Position numbers and translations under genes: made by a program. Below the pieces are notes generated by a model, which saw only the letters and a program-made list of their open reading frames with translations, did no database searches and was not told the DNA's origin. From Macrostomum lignano (Eukaryota): a stretch of 64,000 nt of DNA. Numbering within the stretch: the first letter of the stretch is position 1; the number at the start of each line of letters is the position of its first letter. Location: positions 67,769 through 131,768 of the forward strand of contig NIVC01001998.1 of assembly GCA_002269645.1 (NCBI GenBank), written 5' to 3'. Shown here piece by piece: positions 1 to 23,300 of this stretch.

Positions 1-110
1 CCAGCTACAGAGGCGTAGGCTACAGATGGGGTGCCAGTTACAGATGGGATCCCAGCTACAGATGGGATGCCAGCTGCAGATGGGATGCCAGCTACAGAGG
101 CGTAGGCTAC
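1..110. repeat. End of an ~18-bp minisatellite (ccagctacagatgggatg-like), truncated by the window start
   Basis: Repeated ccagctacag/ccagctgcag cores every ~18 nt. Confidence 0.8.
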
Positions 111-875
111 AGAGTTTCCTGTAACTCCTACTGGCTACTGGAAGCTGACTGCAGCGAGTTTGCTAACAAGCTTTTAGAAGCGGGAAAATCTCCCGCTCTA
201 ATAGTGCATTGTGGTGAAGTCTGACGCTTACATTAGGATTATCCTTAAAAACAGGAACGTGCAATTGTATTATTCATTTTCCCAGTCCTCAATCCAATTT
301 AGCCCTTGAATTTTTTGTGCCGGAGATCTGAAGGATGTTTATTAAACCAGTTTGCATGACTCATCACCTCAATTCACATTGTTGCTTTCGACTATATACT
401 TGGTCTGTTTTGCTACAAAATTGCTAGCTGGGTACACTGTCCTAAAATTAGGTCTATTTGACGCTTTCTTTTAGAATCAAGCAAGTATTCATCTCTAGCC
501 GATATGTATCGAAATAAAACTTTTTCGAACAGGCAAAGAGTACAAACGGTTATACGCCAGATATTATACAGTTTTTGGTCGACAAAAATGAGAAGAGTTA
601 ATCATTAATGATTGATATAGAGAGTATTTGCGCAGTTTGAGGCTCTGCGCATTTCTGATCTGATTTTCAGAATTATAAATATGTGTGCATTCCAACTATA
701 TTTAGTGTGCAGCATAAAGCTTTCATTCTAGCGATATGCTAACACCAATTTACACAGTATCTTCATCTGTAATTTGTACTTCGATAAATCAATATAATAA
801 ACGAAATAATATGCTAGTGATACTACTAACAATTCAAAAGTGAATATTTGCTTAATCAATTTTTGTCTTTGTCAG

Positions 876-8676
<7,801 letters not shown>

Positions 8677-8934
8677 ATGCGCGAGATTAGTGACGAGTAT
8701 CGTATTAGAAGAAATCTGTACTTGAAAATTTCGCTTAAGTCTATAGGATTTACAGTAGTGCTAAAAATACATTGAAAGTTTTCCATCTCGTTATGGAATT
8801 TTGCAGCGAAAACCAAGGGCCTCCTCACCTGTGGAAGTTTTTATATTTTCCAAGCTTAACATCTTTCTAGGCCAGAGGTCGGCAAACCGTCTTAACGTAA
8901 GTGCCGAATATAGAATCTAGCGCATGGCTGCGGG

Positions 8935-9312
8935 CCTGAGAGGAGAGAGAAGAGAGGAAATAGGAGAGGGGAGTGGAGAGAAGAGAAGGGAGGGGAGAGG
9001 AGAGGGGAGAGTAGAGAAGGGAGGGGAGAGGAGAGGGGGAGGAGAGGGGGGAGAAGAAGGAAAGGGGAGAGGAGAGGAGGGGAGAAGAGAGGAAAGGGGA
9101 GAGAAGAGGGGAGAGAAGAGGGGAGAGAAGAGAGGAAAGGGGAGAGAAGAGAGGGGAGAAGAGAGGAAAGGGGAGAGGAATATAAAGTAGAAAGGAGAGA
9201 GGACAGAGAGCAAAAGGGGAGAGTGGATAGGAGAGGGGAGAGAAGAGGAGAGAGGAGGGGAGATGAGACCAGGGTAGAAAGATGAGATGAGACAGAAGAG
9301 AAAAAGAGAAGA
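8935..9312. repeat. GA-rich polypurine low-complexity tract
   Basis: About 380 nt almost entirely G/A, downstream of the gene 1 stop codon. Confidence 0.9.
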
Positions 9313-11211
9313 GTGCTGAGCTGATGCCCGCATTGCTATTGTGAAGTTTCAAGGACCAGCGGGCAGGGTTTGCCGACCCCTGCTCTGGACTTTATTTCGT
9401 GCAACTGTGCTGATGACACTGTGTACTTCTTCCTTGTCAAATATAATCCTGCCCCGGTTCGTTATAAGCTTGTATTTGAAACAAGGTTTAGGTTTATATT
9501 TTACTCTTGCATTGCTTATTCATTAATTATTAGCAGCCGGTACTTGTTAGACTACTTAAAGTGGCAATGTTAGTAAAGGAACGAGTAGAGTTTTGCTAAT
9601 CTTGTATTTTAATTGCTTGCTTACACGATATCTTAATTATTTGTGGCTACATATGCTATCAATGTTGCTTATTTGTGTAAATATATTCATATCCAAGAAT
9701 AGCTTGCTCTTTGTTTAGCAATGCAATAAATATCTTATTGATTACGATGGTTAATAATGTTTCATTCGTTTATGTAAAGCTTTTTGTTTTGCTTTGGCAG
9801 CAGCAGAGTAGTGTGAAAGTTGATTATTAATATTTATACTTTAAGCTCTAGTTCATGTTGCCTATGAATTATTGTAATCGATTTTAGTTACCCGCGGTTC
9901 CTCTATTATTATTTAAGCTGTCGTCGAATGTCAGATTTTGCAATAGCTCCTTAACTTGTTTGTTTTTCCTGCTTTGAATCAATTTTTGTTTTAATCCTGT
10001 TTATACTCTTTTCACAGATTTCCAGCTGATGAAATGATTAAGCGGTTAAAATATAAATTCATAATTCAATTTTAGACAAATTTATTATCGTCCTGCGGCT
10101 GGCTTTTTGCTGCGCTTGTAAATCACGGACTAAATATTTATTAGTTATGAACAGACTTTTCTCTTTTGTTTCATTCAAGATACTACTTTTAGTAGTAAAA
10201 AGAATCATACTCTATAAGCTGAAGCGATTAAGCCGATCAACAGAAAGAAATCCAATTCTGAACTTCTAGTCGGGCGCGGATATCATTTAGGCCGGAAAAA
10301 ACCATGTTTCAAAATTAATTTATTTATAGAAATTTTGCAACGGTATATGCGCTGCTTACACTACTTGTTTGTGATGTGAGTACTGAGTAGTATGCATCGC
10401 ATTAAGTACTTATACTATACATTTATAACAGCTGTTTAATTCTTGACTTCTTCGTTAAGCCCTCTGGTAAATAAACCAGATAACACCACAAGATAATTTG
10501 CGAATCTTGTCAGATTCACTACCGATTTCCTTGTTTGAGGTGCGAAACTGGTAAAAACCACCAGATTCGTCACCAGGTAATTTTAGTGTTATCTGGTTTG
10601 CCTGTTATCTGGTGAGTCATCTGAATTTCACCAGATAACATGGCCCAAATCTTGCTTTGAAATCAGATTACATGACAAGATTCGCCACCAGAAATTTTTT
10701 TGTTTTCTTGTTTGACTGTTATCTGGTGAGTTATCTGGATTTTACAGGATAACATGACGCGAATCTTGTTTGAAAATCAGATAATGGAACAAGATTTCAA
10801 TCAAGATACCTTTGTGTTATCCGGTCCATAAAAACCCATTGTACTTTTCACCCAGAATTTCTAAAATTTCGTGATCCGGGCCCGATTTATTAATTAATTT
10901 CCAAGTAAAGGCCCGGATCAGCATTTTTGGCCCGGAATAGTACCTTTTTCCAGAAAATGTGATCCTGCAAAGTTCGAGAAAAAAGAAAGCTGTTCCGGCT
11001 GGATTTTCCAAAAAATTTCACCTGGAACACAGCTAAATTCTGAGTGTAGACCCTAATTTCAGTAGATTTTCTGGATGTAAATGTTCTGGGTGAGATTTTG
11101 GGAGTTCAGTCGGAATTCTTCAGTGATCTGAACCAAGTGATCCGGAAAATCCACAGGGATCAGCTCCCATTGACCCGAATCTCGATGAAGTTACGGATAA
11201 GACTGGTCTTC

Positions 11212-11700
11212 GCGTCTGTTGTGGCTTAAGGCAGCTGCTATGCTGACCTGCGATGGATAATCAATCCTCGCTTCTGTTGTGGCTCAAGGCAGCTGCTATG
11301 CTGACCTGCGATGGATAATCAATCCTCGCTTCTGTTGTGGCTCAAGGCAGCTGCTATGCTGACCTGCGATGGATAATCAATCCTCGCTTCTGTTGTGGCT
11401 CAAGGCAGCTGCTATGCTGACCTGCGATGGATAATCAATCCTCGCTTCTGTTGTGGCTCAAGGCAGCTGCTATGCTGACCTGCGATGGATAATCAATCCT
11501 CGCTTCTGTTGTGGCTAAGGCAGCTGCTATGCTGACCTGCGATGGATAATCAATCCTCGCTTCTGTTGTGGCTCAAGGCAGCTGCTATGCTGACCTGCGA
11601 TGGATAATCAATCCTCGCGTCTGTTGGGACTCAAGGCAGCTGATAAGCTGACCTGCGATGGATAATCAATCCTCGCTTCTGTTGTGGCTTAAGGCAGCTA
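11212..11700. repeat. 58-bp tandem repeat, ~8 copies, inside the TIR element
   Basis: Unit ggctcaaggcagctgctatgctgacctgcgatggataatcaatcctcgcttctgttgt. Confidence 0.95.
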
Positions 11701-12170
11701 CTAAGAGTAGTCACTTTTATTTGACTACGCAGGTCAATCTTTAATCCGAGGGGTAATAAAGCCTCGAAATTGCAAAGTGAATTGATCTGCTTTTCGGAGG
11801 CACTGTAGCGTCCGTAATGTGAGGCTGTGCACATCCTCCGTACAGGTGACAATTGAAAAATTGTTGCGCCCTGATTGTGTGCGAGAGGTTTGACTACCAC
11901 TGGCATGTAGTCTATCACAGCTGCTTAGTGTGTCAACGGGCAGAATGATTCTATCGTCGTATTTGACGCTTAGAAGCATGAGTCAGCCAACCATATTCTT
12001 TGGCACAGCTGGGTGTCTAGACTGAGACTGTGGCATAGTTCCAAATAGCTCTAACTGGCCCAGTATGCAAAGCAGCTTTCCTATTAAGATATATGCTAAT
12101 CCTAATTATTTCGGTGCATGCTCCATTGGTTTGTCTAAGGCGTTTGCAGTTGCACCAGCCGTGAGCAGAT

Positions 12171-12359
12171 CAAGTCAAGAGAGTAGTCGTTACAGACTAC
12201 GAGTGTCGGTAATCTTGTCGAGGGTTAATAAATCTTCGAACAAGTCAAGAGAGTAGTCGTTACAGACTACGAGTGTCGGTAATCTTGTCGAGGGTTAATA
12301 AATCCTCGAACAAGTCAAGAGAGTAGTCGTTACAGACTACGAGTGTCGGTAATCTTGTC
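12171..12359. repeat. 70-bp tandem repeat, ~2.7 copies
   Basis: caagtcaagagagtagtcgttacagactacgag... starts at 12171, 12241 and 12311. Confidence 0.95.
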
Positions 12360-13319
12360 AGCCACTTGTTTTCGGAGGGTGTCACCGTTGGACGATCGTC
12401 TATCGCACTAGCAACATCTGCAACGCCAAGTCGGTTGGATATTACCGATGGCACACGGGATTGCGAAGACAATCAGGTAAGAGTTTCCAGCGCAGTCGGA
12501 ATTTCGTGGACGCAACTGCACGACGAAGCCATCGCCGCGCGAGCCGGCGCATCAGATGAGACACCATTCACTCTGTATCCGATCTACGAGCAGCCGATCA
12601 ACAAAAGCCAGTTGATTCCGGATGACGACTATGCTACGAATGACATTCTATCGACGCAGCTAACATTACTAGTGAACAGTCGTAAAATCTGGCAATGATT
12701 GTCGGCGAACCGTCGCTGTCTGTTAGAGCTAGACGATCGAGTGTGTATGTACATTACTGTTTCTTTATATAACTCTGTATATTTCGGAGAAACTGGCTTC
12801 CATCGCCATTTAATTTAACTTTATAATGCAGAGTCGTTCCATTGCGCCGGCATATAATGCAAGCCCCCGTCGGTGGTCTCATTCATCGCCGTCCGTGCGC
12901 GCGACCCGATCTTTCAAACGTCTGGCTCACGCGTCGACTGCCGCCATGCAGAGTCGTGTCCGAGTACAGCAGGTCCGACCTCGCCAGCGAGTACACCAGC
13001 TCGCAGCAGATCACCAATTCAGTAGCATCAATTGGTATCCACAGTATAAGTAGGTCTACTTATAACTGGACTCCCGCAACTCAGACGTATGCCACGCTGT
13101 TCTCCAGACATTTCCGCTCCTGTTGAGCTACCGCTTAATTTGTATAAGACGATTACAAATGACACCCCGCTGTTAAATAGATGCTACTCATAAAATCTTG
13201 AAGCACCAACTTTTTATACACTTACTTACTACTTACTACTTACTACTGACGGGGGGCGCAGGCGCCGCGAATAGGCCGCGAGGCCCCTATCGCAACCCCA
13301 AGGTAAAAGAGCACGAGGA

Positions 13320-17953
<4,634 letters not shown>

Positions 17954-18569
17954 GTTGGAGGGTTGGGGGATTGACGGACCCCCGGCCGCGGGAATTGACG
18001 GCTCCCGAGCCGTGTATACGCTTCTTTACTGCGAAATTTGATGTCAATGCCTTCCGGATTTTATTCGCATGAATTACCCGACTGTTACCTGGTCAACGAA
18101 TGTTGCTTGTCGGATAGGATAAAAAACAAGATAACAAACAGGATAACACGATGTTTCTCTGCAAGATTCGCATGAATTACCCGACTGTTACCTGGTCAGT
18201 GAATCCTATTCGAATCTTGTTTGAAACAATGAAACGTAAGATTTCGTCACGCAAACAGGATTCATACAAGATAACATTTTGCCTAACCGGAATATGGCGT
18301 TATCTTGTTTGAGCGAAAGTTATCTTGTGATGTTATCTGGTTTATTTACCAGAGGGAGTCTTACGCTTCTGTCGACTTTATCAGTGCCTTGGCTGCGATC
18401 GGGGTATTGAGGTTTAAATTTGAGCAAGGATTCATTGAAATCCTTCCAATCTGTAAAACTAGCTTTTTCGGCTCTCTGAATGAATTAAAATTTAGATGAG
18501 AATAAGGTGCAGATACTAGAAAAATCGGGTATGCTACTCGCTATAAAATGCGCTTATCTTCTCTTTTTC

Positions 18570-19700
18570 AGTAGCGAAAGTAGCGTTTTAGCCAAAAAAA
18601 TAGTAGCATTCAAATCTACGAGTACTAAACTTCACAAGATATTTTGCATTGACTTTTAAAGCTGCAGTAATCGTCTCTGGTTTTCTACAAGCAGATCTCT
18701 TAAGTTAGCTATTTCATCCTCTTACACCGACTGGGCTGCTTCAGAATATATAAATCCTTCAGGCTTTCTAGGGCAGAAAGGAGGAGAATCCGAGGGCCGC
18801 GAAGCGGCACGAGGATTTCCGACTTTTTGCCCTAGATAACCTGCTGGATTTGTATTCCTTCTTGATTTTGCGGGCTTCTTCTATTCCTTCTTGAAACGAC
18901 ATTCTTCGGCCCGCGAGTCAAACTGCATTTGCTTCAGTCTAAGTTCAGTGCAAGTCCTGATTCTCGACCCGCAAGAAAATGGAATTTGTCTATGGCACAA
19001 AATGCAAACTGGCTTGCCTGTGCCTGGAATTGGAGTCAGCAAGGCGCTCGACAACGGCCTGTTGGATGATCTTATAAGTGATTTTCCTATAAGTGAGTAC
19101 CTCTGAACGCCATGTACTGTAAAGACGGCGTGGGTTGCACCACAAGACTATATTAAATCGTTACTGTTGTCCTCTTTGTAATGTTGCACTTTTAACGTTT
19201 TAAATACAATCGTTTCGGCTTCGTCTATGGCCCAGCCCGATATCGGGCAGAGAATGGGCCATTTCTTAAGCAGTCTTGCCCGCAAAATCAAGCAGGAATA
19301 AAAATTATTTTTAAAAATATATTTAATTAAAACTGAAGATTGCAGGAAAACTTACAAAACCCAAATCCACTTCCTGTGAATAGCGACTATAGCGAGCAAG
19401 AGAGAAAAGAGCCCCAGCTAAGGCTGATAAATAGTTTTTGGCTTTCGCCCGCTTGTGTCTTTGACCTTTCTCCTTACTGCTCTCTCATTGGCGGAGCCAG
19501 ATTGGGCCTGCCCCTAGGCTGAGTTTCGTCCGTCTGACTTACCTCTCTCCTTACTGCTCTCTCATTGGCTGAGCCAGATTGGGCCTGCCCTCGGCTGAGT
19601 TTTGTCCGTCTGACTTTGACCTCTCCTTACTGCTTGCTCTCTCATTGGCTGAGCTAGATTGGGCCTAGCCCTAGGCCGAGTTTCATCCGTCTTGCGTTCA
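18570..19700. repeat. Dispersed repeat, copy 1 (interrupted by ~550 bp), with three tandem CCAAT-containing units
   Basis: 18570-18748 and 19300-19700 align by eye to 26105-26560 in the same orientation. Confidence 0.8.
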
Positions 19701-19985
19701 CTTTTGTGTACATTGAGTTAATGCTTGCTGTTCATGCTTAGTAAATTCTGCACGTTCTTAGTAAGTTCTGCGTTCTTAAAACCCCATACATGTAATGTTC
19801 CTGAAGCCGAAAACCCGAGAAATGAAAGTAAATTTAAGTGACACTGCGCAGACAAACTACTAAAAAAAATTAGACGCTCTGCTTTTTTACAAACTTTAAT
19901 TGCGATTGACATCTAGTTTTTCTAGCACCAAATGCACGAAATGCAGAATGCAGAATTCAACATGCACGATATTCTAGGGTCCCTA

Positions 19986-20182
19986 GCGTTTTTTAGAATC
20001 CAACAGACACCTCCCTCTGGTAACCAAATCTTGTCTATGGCCTACACCGCTTCTAATATTGATGTTCAAAGCCACTGCTACAAAATAGGCTGAAGAAAGT
20101 TTGCAAATCGATTCAGCAGCGATTTAGGCCATAGACAGAAGATTTGGTTACCGGAGGTGTCTGTTGGATTCTAAAAAAACGG
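19986..20182. mobile_element. MITE with ~55-bp TIRs flanked by TA (Tc1/mariner-like)
   Basis: cgttttttagaatccaacagacacctcc..ggtaaccaaatctt..tctatggccta is mirrored at 20125-20181; TA at 19984-85 and 20183-84. Confidence 0.75.
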
Positions 20183-20316
20183 TATTCAATCGTATTTTCT
20201 CTCTCTTAGTCCATGTAAATTGGCACTTTATTTAACATCAGATTATAAGCAATATTACGACATCAAAATTCTTAGTTAATCGTACATTCAAAACTAGAGA
20301 CTAATACACCTATTTA

Positions 20317-23300
20317 ATGCCTGCCAATTGGAATGCGGTTCTACCAACTTGTCTAGCGATTACAATTTGTCTATTTTGCGCTTGCAACAAGTCTGGCTTC
20401 GCTTTAAAGTTGGACAACAATTTCTACGACCTCTTCAGCCTGTCGCGCATTTACGACCGCGTGAAATATGGTGATATTGCTCAGCTACACAAGGCCTATC
20501 AGGAATACCATATCAATGAGAACACGGCCCGGTTATTGTTCACTTTGGCTAGAGCTTTCACAACTACTAAAATTATGAGTGAAAAGGATTTTATACTGGC
20601 GTCTTACATAAGCTCCTCGCTTGATCCCAGCGTGTGCGACGACTACACCCGGTTTAGTAAGCATCAGCAGATCGATGTGCAATGCCACTTCCAAGCCTTT
20701 GTGGTAAGGGGGCCATGTAAATTTGCATGACAATTTTCATTGATTTTTATAATAGGGGCCAAATCAGAAGCAAAGAAAACTAAAGCATCGTATATATAGG
20801 ACGCGACACTCGAAATCTATCGAAAATGTTTAGAAAGTCACTTTTCGCCAAAAAATACACTCGAAGATAGGAAGTTTTCATTTTTTCAGCACAAAAAATT
20901 GTTATTGCTTTCGATAGGAGGCAGACCCAATGTTCATCTTTTGATATGATGTGCTGATACAAAATATCTGAATGTTGCAATTCAAAAATTAAAATAACGT
21001 GCTTTCCGTTACTACTCTACTTAAAATAGAAATGTAGGAAAAAAACGCCTAAAATAATGAAAACAACGCAAATGTAACACTATAAATTATCACGAAGTCA
21101 TCAAATCACAAAATCATACGAAAGTAAAACTTCATATTGAAAAAACCACCCTAAAAAATTCGGCAGACATGCGTGGAAGGCGTGCTCCAGAGACCAGCCG
21201 ACTGTCTAATGGCCAGCGAAGCCGATCGAGGCGACTGTCCTCAGGCGAAGCTGTGCAACTCTGCCTACAATCACGCAGCCGAAGGAGGCAAGGAAACTCG
21301 AGCCTGGCTGCAGCTGTGGGCCGAGGAGACAATGCAGGACCTCGTTAATTATCGGAACAACACACCGACAGAGATCGCCGCCATGCTGCGGAAGAGCTGC
21401 CTGCACGATTCTCAGTTCCTATCCGCCATCTACAATCTGGCCCTGTGCTCGGAGATTTCTAGGCAAGCCTCGCTGATGCATCCGAGGATAGTGCACCCGC
21501 TAGCTGAGATCTACTGCCCGGATCCCTGCCTGCGAAGGCCATGCGCTTCCAGGGCGCTGCGGCATCAGCTAATTAACACAGAGTGCTCATCACTGTCCAC
21601 TCGATGGGAGAGTAGGCACGCCATCGCGCACATGTGGGATGACTTGCAACTGCAGCTACAGCACGATATGCCACCGCAGTACACGTGAGTGCGATAACAC
21701 GGTTTACACTTGTTGACCTTGAAAGTCTCTTATAAAAGTATCTGGTGACCTTCAAGTAACATTGAAACTCTCTTATCAACGAATCATGCGACCTTGAAAT
21801 TCTCTTATCAAAGTATCTTGTGACCTTGAAAACCTCTTATCAAAGAGTCATGCGACCTTGAAATTCTCTTGTCAGGTATCTTGTGACCTTGAAGCCCTTT
21901 TATCAAAGAATCATATGACCTTGAAGTTCTCTTATCAAAGAATCATGCGACCTTGAAATTCTCTTGTCAGGTATCTTGTGACCTTGAAACCCTTTTATCA
22001 AAGTATCTTGCGACCTTGAATCTCTCCTATAAATGTTATTTAGAGAACTTGAAACTCTTGTGACCTTAAAATTATCTTATAAATGTATCTTGTGACCTAC
22101 ATGTAGCTTGAATTACTTGTATAAAAGTATCTTGGTACCTTGAAATTAAATCTCACCTGAAAGATTTGTACTACCCTTAAGAAATCATGTATTCTAGGTA
22201 AATCTTACAAAACTGACGCACAGTACCTGCGCCATTCCCAGATGCGCTTGCCGCTACGGCAGTTGGTCGCCAGTCAAGCAGGCTTGCGAACATGTTTCCG
22301 GAGGCGACTTTCGCACCTGCTCGCCAACCCTGGCCAACCGGTATTTCCCCTGCGACTCTGTCGGAACTGTGGCTTGCTACGAGAACAGCGAATCAGAGGA
22401 GATCCCATTCATCTGCCGCTGTCGCCCAGGCTTCGTTGGCGTGTTTTGTCACGAGAAAGTCAACTCCTGTCTGAACTTGGCTGTGGACGTCAAACTGCAT
22501 GGTAAATATTGAATCTATTGATAGTTTGCATAAATAAAACTATTGACCAGTGTTTGTTTGGAAGTGGTCTGAACTTTTTTTAAAAAACATGTTGGTTCAA
22601 GGGGCTTAAACATCAGGGGCTTTAGCAGCAGGGGCTTTAGCAGCAAGGGCTTTAGCAGCAGGGGCTTTAGCAGCAGGGGCTTTAGCAGCAAGGGCTTTAG
22701 CACCAGGGGCTTTAGCAGCAGGGGCTTTAGCATCAGGGGCGCCAGCACCAGGGGCTTTAGCAGCAGGGGCTTTAGCAGCAGGGGCTTTAGCAGCAGGGGC
22801 TTTAGCATCAGGGGCGCCAGCACCAGGGGCTTTAGCAGCAGGGGCTTTAGCAGCAGGGGCTTTAGCAGCAGGGGCTTTAGCACCAGGGGCTTTAGCAGCA
22901 GGGGCTTTAGCACCAGGGGCTTTAGCAGCAGGGGCTTTAGCAGCAGGGGCTTTAGCAGCAGGGGCTTTAGCAGCAGGGGCTTTAGCAGCAGGGGCTTTAG
23001 CAGCAGAGGCTTTAGCACCAGGGGCGCCAGCACCAGGGGCTTTAGCAGCAGGGGCTTTAGCAGCAGGGGCTTTAGCAGCAGGGGCTTTAGCAGCAGGGGC
23101 TTTAGCAGCAGGGGCTTTAGCAGCAGGGGCTTTAGCAGCAGGGCTTTAGCAGCAGAGGCTTTAGCACCAGGGGCCAGCACCAGGGGCTTTAGCAGCAGGG
23201 GCTTTAGCAGCAGGGGCTTTAGCAGCAGGGGCTTTAGCAGCAGGGGCTTTAGCAGCAGGGGCTTTAGCAGCAGGGGCTTTAGCAGCAGGGGCTTTAGCAG

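Noticed and set aside
8867-9352. Leu/Ser/Pro- or Gly/Glu/Arg-rich ORFs
   Set aside because: Products of the GA polypurine tract
10454-10462. piggyBac assignment for the TIR element (TTAA near the left end, CCC terminus)
   Set aside because: TTAA is offset by one base from the TIR and absent at the right end; only AG is duplicated
11212-11700. CRISPR-like array
   Set aside because: Units are contiguous and near-identical with no unique spacers, there are no cas genes, and the context is eukaryotic
20013-20023. Shared ccctctggtaa between the MITE TIR and the CACTA-like terminus
   Set aside because: The 11-bp match is present in only one MITE arm, and the termini and TSDs differ; likely coincidence
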